Source: Priapulus caudatus (taxonomy: Eukaryota). From it: 64,000 nucleotides of DNA. Shown here one piece after another: positions 25,601 to 43,115 of the stretch. The notes under the pieces were generated by a model. The model was not told the origin of the DNA. It ran no database searches and worked only from the letters and a program-made list of their open reading frames with translations. Position numbers and translations under genes: made by a program. The number at the start of each line of letters is the position of its first letter. The first letter of the stretch is position 1. The DNA is taken from the NCBI RefSeq assembly GCF_000485595.1, contig NW_014577072.1, positions 281,233-345,232 on the forward strand, given 5' to 3'.

Positions 25601-26675
25601 AACGAGAAGAGAGCGTCCGACGGTAGCTGACCACTTCAGGTGCGCATGCATCGCTGTAATTGCTTCGCGCTGAGATTCAAATCTAACGACCACAGAATCC
25701 GAGCTTCTACTTAGAAAATCTCCTTTCGCGGGAACCATCACAAAAGACGGTTGCCCCGCGCAAAAGCGGGATCTACTGGGTTTGTCTGTGGACCCATTGA
25801 GCGCTAATTACCTATGTCAACCGACCACATCGTGTACGCACGCGCACACGTACGAGGCGGTTAAGATAATGAGCCTGCCAGGCTTTGTAATCGTGTGCGA
25901 TGAGGGCTTGAATCGATTAGTACGAGCTATAGGGTCATCGGCGCATGATTTTGTATGACTCAGGTGACATCAATGACAAAATCCGGCATTCCGCGTCGCA
26001 TCGCATCGCGTCCGCGTAAATATTTCCAGGTCGGGAAACAGCGCGTCTTAGAAGCAGACTACCACGTCCCAAACAAAACTTCATTCATACGTCGGAGCTG
26101 ACTTTTTTACAAACAGTTCGTTGTGTTACCCGGACTCCCTGAAAGACACGTGGATAGCAGCAAAGATGCTCCAGGGCAAAAGTACACTTGAATAGATACT
26201 CGAGGCACACTTGATGAAAGAAAAACAAGTTCGGCAGCAAAAAAGGTGACAAAGACAAGATTAAAGCTGCGCTAATCCTTCCTGCGATATTTGCTCCATT
26301 CATACCTCTGCCAGGATACAAAGCGTTCGCCGGCGTCACCATGACACAAGAACTCACGTCGTCGCATAACCATTATCATTGTTGTTGTGCGTCTTCTATA
26401 GGACGTGGCGTGGGGTGCGCGCGTGCGTACGCACGTGTGCGAGTGCGTACGTGAGCGTGCATGAACGTGTAGTGTGGCCATAGTATGGGCCATAATAAAT
26501 TTATATGATTGTAAGGTGCGTGTGTGCGTACGTTCGTGAGCGCGCACACACGCGCGTAGCGTAGGTTCTATAGGCCGTGTTGCGTAGGCGTGCTTGCGTA
26601 TCCGTGCTGTGCTGATTTCATCAGTGTAACTCGTTACAGGGTCTGTGTGCCTATGTACGCGCTTGGGTGCCAGCA

Positions 26676-26706
26676 GTGTGCGTGCGTGTGTGCGTGCGTG
26701 CGTTCG

Positions 26707-26788
<82 letters not shown>

Positions 26789-26820
26789 CGTGCGTGCGTG
26801 CGTGTGCGAGTGTGTGTGCG
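26676..26820. repeat. (GTGC)n/(GT)n compound microsatellite
   Basis: Direct read. Confidence 0.95.
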
Positions 26821-29714
26821 TTTGTGCATCTATGGACTGCAGCCGATTGTATATTTTCGAAATTACAAATTCATCCTGGCATAGATAGCATTCCAAAATT
26901 AAAACATATTGAACGGAAAATCATAAGAAACCAGACAAACTCTTTTCCTGGACTAATATAGAATAACCACAAATGTTCAGCCTATCCCTCTACAGCCGAC
27001 GCGCATTAGTGGGAAAGATTCCTCTAGAATATACATCTGTAGCTATTGCAACTGGCAATAACCGAGAATACCTATTCCAATTTTCTATTATTAATTCAAA
27101 AATAGATAACCATATTCCGGTTATAAACACTGTCGAAAATAGATACTGTCTAATAGAATGACAACGAAGATGACTTACTAGTTTCCCAACCGGGAGCCAC
27201 ATAGCTTGAACCGGTGCAGAGTAGAAGAGCTGCGAGTAGATATGATGACTACAGAAGCAAGATTCGTGTTCGGTGAGTAGGACTGCTCAGCTGCGCTCCT
27301 CAATTCGAACTGACCACATTATCAGTACGCAGAATATAAACCCTCCAACCACCAAGGAATCTATTCACCAAGGAAACATCCCGAGAAAAGACGCAAGCGA
27401 TGAAAAGACGACGATTTATTTACGGAGAGACAAAGGTGGTCTGTGGGAAAGCACACGTCAGCGAGGTTCCAGAGTTTCCGCGCACATTCGTAACGATGTG
27501 AAAGGTTCTCATGTGCGACCACGGGTAGTAAAATCAGGCGGTGTGGTCGTAAAACACTCCATCACAAAACATACACACTTTGCCTGAAACAAAGGTGTAG
27601 CAAGCGCCAAAACAACATGTCAATTGTCTTACCTCGTTGGTGTGTTTATACAAGCCCATTGCTATTCACAATGCTCATTTACCAGTTCACTTATTACAAG
27701 CAGCGTGACAATTAGGCAATCTGCCTGCGGGATCTTATCCCGTCGTGTATGCCACTCCAGTGCAAACTGGGCTACTGTCAACATCACCCCAAGGTGATGG
27801 CCGAACATCAAACAGTGCTGATGATGTTAACTCTACTTCCAATGAAACAAAGCCACTCATACCCGCCTATTTCTGATGGCTTGCTTTCCCACATAACTAG
27901 ACTAAGACTGAATGCCCACAACAATTTTATTAGAATAAATCACGACAAGGTATTCAACGTGCTTGCTAACCGAGAGTCCAACAAAGCCGACGAGTCAGTA
28001 TTGGTCAGCTTTGGCCATGAATAGAAAACCAAAATTAAAAGGCTTACTACCAAACCAAAATAAGCCGTAAATTAATACTTTAGATGGTATAATAGAGCTG
28101 GATGGATAGCGTTACACAGTCTCCGCTGCAACTCACAGTAAGCATGATGATTTAAAGAAGAAATACAATTGCTCGTGCTTAACTACTGATCACTGTGTAG
28201 ACTTCGCGAAGAAATAAATATCAGCGACATTTCACATCACAGCCTGCCGCCAGACACGCCGACGCAAGAATGGCAGTCTAAATTTAGCTGCCCGTCGTGC
28301 TGGCCCGCATCTAATATTACCTGCGCATTACGCCACCCAGGTAAACCACTTGTTAGGAAAGGGTTACATGTGACACGTCCAGACAAATCGTTTGTTAGAC
28401 ACTGGTGCAGATCTGCCACGTGATTTGCTTTCAGGATGTAGTTCTGTAACCTAATACTTGACAGGCTGGTGCCAGCTCGGGTATTTGCTGCTATCTAACC
28501 TAATAAATATATGCGCATAGGCTTACTATTGATCGTATTTTTATTTCCAAATTCCCCGCGCATGTGCTCACACCACACATATATATGGTTTATATCGTGA
28601 AACAGATGTTTATTTAAAGGTTAATGTTATAACTATAATTATATAAGCATATTCTCTTCAAAAAACACCATGGCTTTTATTTTGCTTGCTAGTGTGGGAG
28701 TAGTGAGCGAGCTGTTCACATGCGAGTGACAGTCCCCGTGTCTGGTGCGCTCGCTGGTTCGACAGCTTACAACAGAAACTAGTAACCCGTGGTTCCATGT
28801 CTGGGGCAGCTTGCGTGGGACAGGGAACCACTCAGGTGACTCGTTATAATGTGCTTATTAGTACTTCCCGATCAATGAAAGATAACTGATCGCATTACCG
28901 GTACCTAACCACCGTCTTTGTGCCTTCCCAGTTTCCCACGCGACTTCCACAACAATCTCCGCAGCTACTAACCGCTGCCGATGATGCATATTATATAGCC
29001 ACGTCAGGCTGTCTTTTCACTAATTAATCGATCGGGGCACGTCTTTATTTGCAGTGATTGAAACGCTTGGCTGTTTACGTTCTAAAAGTAGTACACAAAG
29101 CATCGCGTCGCCTCGCTGCTCAGCCGCGACTCACCTCCACCTGGTCGCTCCCAAACTATATATGCTGATCGAGGACAGAAGAAATGGAATACCTCGCCAG
29201 TGTGTCAGGCCTAGTTCTTATTACTATACGCATTAATAATCAATAGCAACTATACTCGTAAGTTAGCATAATAACCAAACTAGGCATGACGTGGCAAGAT
29301 GAACGGGTAATGGAATATCAGTGCATATATGAATGATAAGTAGACGAATACCGAGAGCGAGAGAAAGGGGATGGGATAAGGAGAGAGCATGGTTAGATGG
29401 TGATGTACAGAGAGCTAGATTATTAGTTATCTGGAAGTATTGGGGAAAGGTAAACAGAAGAAAAGGCTATTGTGAGATGCCTATAAAAGAAGAGAGCAGG
29501 TATACACTGATGAGTAAAACACCACTACTTACCTTCATTTTGTGGCTATGCCGTTCTTCTAGGATGGCTAAGCGAACCATTGTGATTACTCCTTGAATTT
29601 TTCAACTTATATAAGGAACCGGTATAAAAATCTTGGTGCCAATAGGAATTCCGTAGCATGCACTCGTTATACACACTTGCAATGTCCACATGTATTCCCC
29701 AACGTGTAAGACCG

Positions 29715-32700
29715 CTAATGTACGCACAGCAACGGACCTAACAATATCTCATCTTTGAGAAAACGTCGGCGATCCCTTTCTTGCGACTTTCGTGCGATTC
29801 TAGGCTTCCGTCAGCACGCACACAATCAAGCACATCGCGGAACAACAGCAGTCACCGAAATAAGGCGAGGCAAGCATGACTATCAGAAATCACTGCTCCC
29901 CAGCAATACCGCAGAGCCGGGTCACCATGTCACACATCTCAAATGTCTCTCCATGCGTGTGCATAAAGTAATAGCTTTGTGTCAGATCAACACCTCGATT
30001 ACAACTCTGCGTTCAGCCTGCACGTTGCTCATAGATATTCATTGTGGATCGCATGCACTGCGTTTCTAACAGGTACTTAGATTAAGAAGTAGATATTCCA
30101 CCCGCGTTTAAATCACAGCTCTAGCGAGTGTCACGATCTTCACACACGCTATCGGATGCGGTCATGCGATATCCCACTGCCGCGCGTCTCAGCCAATCTC
30201 GTATCATTCCGATAATCAGTTTCCGGAAGCTCTTTCCTCTGCTACGTCTTCTAGATGACGCCGGCGTCCCGACGCTGGGCGAGGACCAAGAGAATATCTT
30301 CGCTGCAGCTTGCCCATCTGCGCCCACGGGCAGCATCGGACACCAGTCGTGCGATCGGCTCAAAGGATAAACGGTGACGATGCGTTAGCCTTCATGTAGT
30401 CTGTTTCGATATTCTGATGTCATCGGGTTACTGCTACCAACCGTGGTTTCGCTCCTCGTTCCGGAGGGAAGAAGGCACGTCGACAACGCAGACACAGACA
30501 GAGACGCCCATGCAATCGCCACTAAGCTTGCGATGCGCGCCAGAAAAAAAATCACTGCTATGGCGACATGTTTGGAAAAGTAATACTAGTTGAATACTGG
30601 CTGTTATCTTCCGAACTCTAGTGTGACAGTTGGTTAAAAACCCGATAGTGGTGCTCCACGGTTTAGTTGACATGTGGTTTCAGCAGTAAACACCACAAGC
30701 ACGCGGGCGAAAGACAAGACACCAACTGCACACCCCAACCGACGAACTTCAAAAGGATGTTAGTATGAACAAACGATCATAGGAACTGTGTCACTAAGGT
30801 TACATGGAAATGACAGTGCAGACAAAAAGCGCTTGACCTATTGTGATACACACACAACACCCGCGGCGCATCTAACGGATAATGGAAAACGTGCGAGCGA
30901 AACGCCTGTTAGAATACTAAGAAGCTAAACAGCAATACACTGGCGTTTACTTCTTGCCGTCTTATCTTTTCAATTTTAAGAGCACCTATCTCATACAGCC
31001 GGAATTACATTGACAAAGGGCTAAACACCAAGTGATATGCAATTAAGTGCGAATTCAAATTGAAACTATGCACAGCTAGTTTTCGACAACCTGCAGGGAA
31101 CGAGATTGGATCGAAAATGTCTATTCCTTTACAGTAACTGTCTGTTAATGCCATATCTTAATAGCGCCACAAAGAAAAATATAGTGTACTCAGCTACAAG
31201 AGGGGGGGATTCTGCCGAGAATAGCAAATAAGCAGAGAACACCAGCATTGATCTAATGCCGCCCACATTATCACTCTCGCATCGGTTAACGGCGCCTGGT
31301 GTGCGAGAAGGTCTAAGTGTGGGTCACTGTGTCACTGACACTGCTGACATTTTCATTTCGCTTGCAATTCACAAGTCACTGGACAGTGGCTGACTGGGCT
31401 AGCTGTCATTAAATTTCAGTCAGCAGCGTGGCCTCTAGTATTCAGGAGCGAAATCATTAGGTCAAATTCGTCATTACTATTACTGCCAGCGCGTCATAAC
31501 GACGGAAAAATCAGGGTTCTTCGTGTCGGGTGCGAAGGTACACCGGCAGAGCGTCAGCGGTGAGGGTGCGAAGACTCATGGACGCATTCACATGTTTTCT
31601 ACATTCCTACGACAATAATTTCATCACAGTGCGAGTCTTGCTTCACGTGTTGCTATGACACGTGTGCTCGCGATAGCCATACTAGAACCCATAGAAAACG
31701 ACAGGCGTTACTATGATTATTGTGGCCCACGGGGACTTTTCAACCCAGTACCGCCTACCGTAATCTAAATACACCTGTTGTACAGAGAGCAGCCCACTCG
31801 GGTTACGCTACTCAGCTATTTCAGACACTTTCGCGAATTTACTCGCGATTGCGACGTAGCGGCTAGAAGCGAAAATGTCAGCGGGCCTGTGACAGAGGTT
31901 AGTGACACAGTGACACAAAGCATGACATCTGTGACCGGAGGCGTACAGAGACGCCGGCCACCAGCATTCGCTCGAGACTAGATTTGTAACACGAGTAAGT
32001 GACACCTGGTTAGTTACTCGGCCGAACAATTATAGCTTTCGTGTGACAAAACACACGCGCTAAACTAGACACGTATTACATCGCTGATTAATTCACCAGC
32101 GAAGCAAATACAATATAATATTTACGGGGTGCTATGCTCACGTACGGGGGGGGAGGGTGATATACCGAATAATGATCGACGAGTAGCATTGCAAACGTCG
32201 AATGATGCGTGAACGCGGTAACACTGCGGAGGTTAGAGTACAGGTAATGTCATTAGTGAGGTATAATTAATGCCTCGTGATGACAGAAAAATCTGCAGGA
32301 CGAGCGAGGGCGTGTGACCTACTGAATGAGTGACCGGCGAGCGCTGATCACAGCTGGTCATATCATTGTAATTCACAACACTGTCTACTAACCCTGTTTG
32401 TCTCTAAGGTGAACATTTGTTGTCAGCGAGTGCCGCAGGGCTTGGCCTCAGTGTCCCAGATGCCCAATTCGTGATCACTTAGAATTTAATATGATGACTG
32501 GAACTCACAGCGCTTCTACGATCATCGTGTTGTCAGTAGAGAAGTCGTTAAAGATGCAAGAAGTCAATTGCGAAAGTATCAACTGAATTCATGCGGACGT
32601 AAATTTACGAGTTGGCCTCTGGCTGTTTTGAAAACACAACATGGCCTCAAAGTAAAATAGCTACTCAAGTTCAACACCAACAAGTAACAACATTTGTTAT

Positions 32701-33519
32701 TTTAACACGGCTATAAAACTATTTGTAGCGACAATACTAGAACCATTTTAAATGCAACACTAGACACGGGTACGTAGGATTTTGAAACAACCACACGGTG
32801 AAAATTAAACATTTTCACGATTATATAATATATATAACATAAAATTCCTTTCTAATGCATTCGAATTAATAATTTAGGGGTTAATCGCAACAAACTACAC
32901 TAAACCAGCAACAACCCTAGATTAGATTGCATCGACTATCTCGCATATTACTGCAAATGATCGCACCTAGCTTGCCGGATCGTTGCGCGCTGATAGAATG
33001 GAAGGGAACAGAGAATAATACATAGCAGGTATACATTGACAGCAGCAAGGTATTTAAGCAACGTTAGTTACGCCTTACTACTAGGTGTAACTTGATAGCG
33101 TTCACACGTGTGCAGCTCCGATGAGACAATAGGGCAGAACATGTACCATGGCAATTAGGCTGCCGGATTGGCGCGCTCGCTCGGCACTTCAGAGTCAGCG
33201 ATTCTCTCGCTGATGACTGCAATTAGTGGGGCGGCTGCCTCAGAACAAAGCAATGCAATAGAACAGGTAAGATCACGAGCCTACCTGGCTCATGTATTCC
33301 CACGCGACGCGTTACCCAAACAACTGCTAACTGCTGCTAGTCGTAGACACACGTACGTGTAATCTACCGGCAATATATCTGATGAATAACAACGCGGCGG
33401 TACAAAAACGTGGCCTCACCACAGCAGTAGAGAACAGCACGCCGCCGTGCTTAGTATTCACCATAGAGCCGCGAATACTCGATTTATGACGGTGACCCTT
33501 TCACACAGACGCACATACA

Positions 33520-33543
<24 letters not shown>
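29715..33543 (+). repeat. Block A (direct duplicate of 37477-41657)
   Basis: Colinear throughout, from atctcatctttga(a)gaaaacgtcggcgatccc at the start to gccgcgaatactcg at the end. Differences are mostly 1-2 nt indels. Confidence 0.93.
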
Positions 33544-37454
<3,911 letters not shown>

Positions 37455-37476
37455 GCGTGTACGTGCGCGTGCAGAC

Positions 37477-40400
37477 GCTAAATGTAGCCCCACAGAACGG
37501 ACTTACAATCATCTCATCTTTGAAGAAAACGTCGGCGATCCCTTTCTTTGCGACTTTCGTTGCGATTCTTAGGCTTTCGCAGACACGCACACAATCAATG
37601 CACAGGCGCGAACAACAGCCAGTCCGAAATAAGGCGAAGGCAAGCATAGACTATCAGAAATCCACTGCTACCCCAGCAATACCGCAGAGCCGGTACGGAG
37701 CTGTCACCATTCACACAATCTCAAAATGTCTCTCCATGCGTGTGCATAAAAGTAATAGCTGGTGTCAGGTGGTGTGTGTTTCAACACCTGATTGACAACT
37801 CTTGCGTTCAGCCTGCACGTTGCTCATAGATATTCATTGTGGACGCATGCACTGGGTTATCTAACCAGGTACTTAGATTTTACTTTAAGAGTAGATATTC
37901 CACCGCCGTTTAAATCACAGCTCTAGGCGCAAAGTGTCACGTCGTTCACGACCGGGCTGGGATCGGAAATGCTCATGCGATACCCACTCGCCGCGCGTCT
38001 CAGCGCAATACTCGTCAATCATTCGATAATCAGTTTCGGAAGCTCTTTCCTCTGCTACGGTCTTCTAGATGACGCGCGCAGTCCGACGCTGGAGCGACAG
38101 ACCAGAGAAATCTTCGCTGCACTGCCCCATCTGCGCCCCACGGGCAGCATCTCGGACACCAGTCGTGCCGATCGGCTCAAGGAAATAACGCTTGACGAAT
38201 GACGTTAGCCTTCTCATGTAGTCTGTTTCCGATTAGGTTCTGCATGTCATCGGTTACTTGCTACCAACCGATGATTTCGCCTCCTCGTTCCGGGAGGGAA
38301 GAAAGCACGGCTCGACAACCGCAGACACAGACCAGAGACGCCCATGCAATCGCCACTAAGGCTTGCGATGCGCGCCAGAAAAAAATCAGCTGCTATGGCG
38401 ACCATGTTGCGAAAAAGTAATATACGTTGAATACTGGCGGTTATCTTCCAGAACTCTAGTGTGACAGTGGGTTAAAACCGATTAGTGGTGCTCCCACGGT
38501 TTTAGTTGACATGGTCGGTTTCGCAGTAAAACACCACAAGCACGCGGAGAAAGGACAAGACACAACTCGCACACCCCAACCGACGAACATTCAAAAGCGA
38601 TGCTTGTATGAACAAACGATCATACGGAACTGTGTCACTAATGGTTACATGGAAATGAAAACAGGTGCAGAACAAAAAAGCGCTTGACCTATTGTGAAGG
38701 TGGACGACACACACACACCCCGCGGCGCACATTCTAACGGCATAATGAAAACGTGCGCCAGCGAAACGCCTCGTTAAACTACTAACGGAAAAGCGTAAAC
38801 AGCAATACACTGGCGTTAACTTCTTGCCGTCTCTATCTTTTTCAAGTTTTAAGAAGCACCTAATCTCATACAGCCGGAATTACATTGACAAAGGGAGCTC
38901 AAACAACCAGAGTGATATGCAATTAAGTGCGAATTCAAATTGAAACTATCGCACAGCTTAGTTAGCGACACCTGCCAGGAACGAGATTGGATCGAAAATG
39001 TACTATTCCTTTTACAGTAACTGTCTGTTAAATGCCATAATCTTAATAGCGCCACACAAGAAAAAATATAGTGTACTCAGCTACAGAGAGGCGGGGATTC
39101 TGCCGGAGAATAGCACAAATAAGCAAGAAGAACGACCAGCATGCATCTAAGTGGCGCCCACATTATCACTCTCGCATCGTTAACGGCGCCTGGTGTGCAA
39201 AACGCCAGAAGCGTCTTAAGTGGTTGGCGTCACTGTGTCACTGACACTGCACTTGACATTTTCATTTCGGCTTGCAATGTCACAATGTCACTGCAGACAA
39301 GTGGCTACTGGCGCTAGCTGTCATTAAATTTCAGTAAGCAGCCTGGCCTCTAGTATTCAGCCGAGCAGAAAGATCATTAGCATGTCAAATTCGTCATTAC
39401 TACTTACTGCGCAGCGCGTCATAACGCCGGAAAAAGCAGGGTTCTTCGTGTCCGGGTGCGAAGGTACACCGGCAGAGCGTCACGGTGATGGGTGGCGGAA
39501 GACTCATGGACGCATTCACATGTTTTCGTTATCATTCCTACGACAATAATCTTCATCACAGTGCGGCAGTCTTTGCTTCACGATTTGCTATGACAACGTG
39601 TGCTCGCGATAGCCATACCTAGAACCTATAGAAAACGACAGGCGTTACTATGATTCATTTCGATGGCCACGGGGAACTTTTCAACCTATACCGCCTACCA
39701 GGTAATCTAAAATACACCTGTTGTACAGAGGCAGCCACTCGGGTTAACCGCTTACGTTACTCAGCTATTTCAGACGACTTTCGCGAATTTACTCGCCGAT
39801 TGCGACGTAGCCGGCTAGAATGCGAAAATTCAGCGGGGCCTGCTGAACAGAGGTTAGCTTGACCACAGGAACACAGAGCATGACATCTGTTGACCGGCAA
39901 GGCGTACAGAGACGACGGCCACCAGCATTCGCTCTGAGACTAAGATTTGTAACACGAGTAAGTGGACACCCTGGTTCAGTACTCGGCCCGAACCAATGTA
40001 TGTTGAGCTTTCCGTGCTGAAAAAACACACTGCCGCCTAAACTAGACAGTATTACATCGGCTGATTAATTCACCAGGCGAAGCCAAATACAATATAATAT
40101 TTACGGCGGGTGCACTATAGCTCACGTACGGGGGCAGGGTGATATACCGAATAATGATCGACGAGTAGCATTGCAAACGTCGAACTGCATGCGTGAACGC
40201 GGTCTAACACTGCGGAGGTTAGCAGACAGTTAATGTCATCTAGTGAGGTATAATTTAAATGCCTTCTGCATGACAGAAAAATCTGCAGGGACGAGCGTGA
40301 TGGGCGTGTGACCTACTGAATGAGGACCGGCGAGCGCTGAATCACAGCTGCGTCATATCATTGTAATTCACAACACTGGTCTACTAACCCTGTTTTGTCT

Positions 40401-41657
40401 TAAGGTGAACATTTTGTTCGTCAAGCGAGTGACCGCAGGGCTTAGGCCTCAGTGATCCCAGATGCCCAATTCCGTTGTATCACTTCAGAATTTTATATCG
40501 GATGACTGGAAACTCACCAGCGCTTCTTCCACGAATCTATCGTGTTGTCAGTAGCAGAAGTGCTCGTTAAAGAATGCAAGAAGGTCAATTGCGAAAGTAT
40601 CCAACTGAATTCATCGCGGACGTAAATTTGACGGAGTTGGCCTTCTTGGCTGTTTTGGCAAAAACACAACATGGCCTCAAAGTAAATATAGCTACTCAAG
40701 TTCAACACCAACAAGTAACAAAAGTCTGTATATTTTTAACCGGCTATAAAACTATTCTGGTAGCGACAATCACTAGTAACCATTTTAATGGCCAACACTA
40801 GACACGGCGGTACGTAGGATTTTGAAACAACCACACGGTCGAAAATTTAAAACATTTTCACGATTAATATAATAATATAACATAAAATTCCTTAATTACA
40901 ATGCATTCGAATTAATAATTTTAGGGGTTATCCGCAAAACAAACTACACTAAACCAGCAACAACCCTAGAATGAGATGTGCCATCGACTAATCTCGCACA
41001 TATTACTGCAAATGATCGCACCTAGCTTGCCGGATACGGTGTGCGCGCTGATAGAATGCGAAGGGCGAACAAGAGAATAATACATAGCAAGAGTTATACA
41101 CTTGACGAGAGCAAGGTATTTAAGCAACGTTAGTTACGCCTACTTACTCAGGTGATAACTTCGATAGCGTTCACGACAGTGTGCAGCTCCCAGATGAGAC
41201 AATAGGCAGTGTAGAGTCTGATGTTAACCATGGGCAATCTAGGGGCTGCCGGGATTGGGCGCGCTACGCCTCGGCACTTCAGGAAGTCAGCGATGCTTCT
41301 CAGCTGATGACTAGCCAATATTTAGTGGGGCGGCTGACCTCAGGAACCAAAGCAACATGCAATAGAACAGTAAAGATCACGAGCCTACCTGGCTCATGTA
41401 TTCCCACGCGACGCAGTTACCCAAACAACTGTAAACTGCTGCTGTCAGTAGCACAACCGTACGGTAATCTACCGGCCAATATATATGATGATAACAACGC
41501 GCGTACAAAAACGTCGCAGCCTCACCACAGCAGTAGAAAGGCACGCCGCCGTGCTTAGCTATTCACGCATAGAGGGCCGCGAATACTCGTTTATGACGCG
41601 GTGACCCTCTTCAACACAACGCCAGCATTACCAGACGCGCGCACGCACCGCACGCAT
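37477..41657 (+). repeat. Block A' (insertion-rich copy of block A), ending at an N gap
   Basis: About 350 nt longer than A through scattered small insertions. Starts after a (TG)n tract and ends at Ns 41658-41682. Confidence 0.93.
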
Positions 41658-41682
41658 NNNNNNNNNNNNNNNNNNNNNNNNN

Positions 41683-41799
41683 GGTGGCGCGTGCGCGCTG
41701 CGCTGCGCGTTGCGCGTGTGCTGTGTTGCGTGTGCGTGTGCGTGTTGCGCTGTGCGTGTGCGTGTGTGTGTGTGCGTGTGGTGTGTGTGCGTGTGTGTG

Positions 41800-41843
<44 letters not shown>

Positions 41844-43062
41844 GTGTGTAAGCGTGATGTTTTTCCAACGTGCTTACTGCAAGACGATACAATAATGTCA
41901 TAATTAAGCTTATCTATTGAGCTTTTAGTTTGTTTACATCGTTACCGATTAGAACAATTGTATTCCTCGTAAGCGATGGTTGATCGTAAATCTTGATTAT
42001 TATTGAGCTTTGCTATTTGCATGCGTACGGGTTCTGGTCAAAAGGTTTGAAAACTTACAATCAACCATTACTCACAAGGAATGGCATTTATATAATCGGT
42101 AATAAAGTAACAAAACTAAAAATGCAATAGAGAAGCGCAATGAAGACGTTTCCCGTTTAGACATACAATATGGCTGGGCTACTATATATAATAACTTTTT
42201 TTATTTAGTATTTGGTTTAGTATAGTAGCAGCAGCGGCGGCGGCCGCGGCGGCGGCGGCGGTAAGGGCAGCGCAGCAGCAGCTGTAGCAGTAGCATTAGC
42301 ATTATCAGCAATTAGCATTGCATAGCAGTAGCAGTAGCAGTAGCAGTAGCAGCAGCATATTCAGTATCAGTAGAAGCAGCAGCAGTAGCAGCACTATCAG
42401 TATCAGTAGAAGCAGCAGCAGTATCAGTAGCACAGTATCAGTAGCAGTACAGTAGCAGTAGCAGTAGCAGTATCAGTAGCAGTCGGGCAGTAGCAGTAAG
42501 TAGAGCAGTTAGCAGTTATCAGTAGCAGTAGCAATGTATCAGTATCAGTAGCAGGTAGCAGTATCAGATCAGTTAGCAGTAGCAGTAGTAGCAGTGTAGC
42601 AGCAGTATCAGTATAGCAGTAGCAGTATCAGTAGCAGTAGCAGTACTAGTAGCAGACAGCAGTAGCAGCAGCAGCAGCAGCAGTAACAGCACACATATGC
42701 ATTCAATCGGCGGTCAACTATATGAGGCTTTAACACTACTCATCGATTATTACTAGAGCGTTTCACATTCATCACGTGGACTTGTACACGATATGTCCAA
42801 AATAAAATCTGTATGCTGAAGCTGAATGTGATTAGTTTGCCAAAATGCGGATGTTTATTTGTTTATGATGACAAATGAAGCTTCACTGCTCACCGACGGT
42901 CGTCGTAGTAGTGGCCGGACACTACTACAACAACCAACAACAACAATGCACTTCACTTGTGATAGAAGTTCCCAACGTCGTAGGCAAAAGGTCAATATTT
43001 TTACGGTCTACGTGTAATACTTGGGAAATGACGCTGGTTATGGGTGTTAATGATTCATACTC

Positions 43063-43115
<53 letters not shown>

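Noticed and set aside
25022..25741. Overlapping 202-aa and 163-aa ORFs
   Set aside because: No recognisable domain; GC-rich intronic DNA gives chance ORFs on both strands.
26248..26264. GACAAAGACAAGATTAA as an EVI1 autoregulatory site
   Set aside because: Only a partial match to the GACAAGATAA consensus; a single site is within chance expectation.
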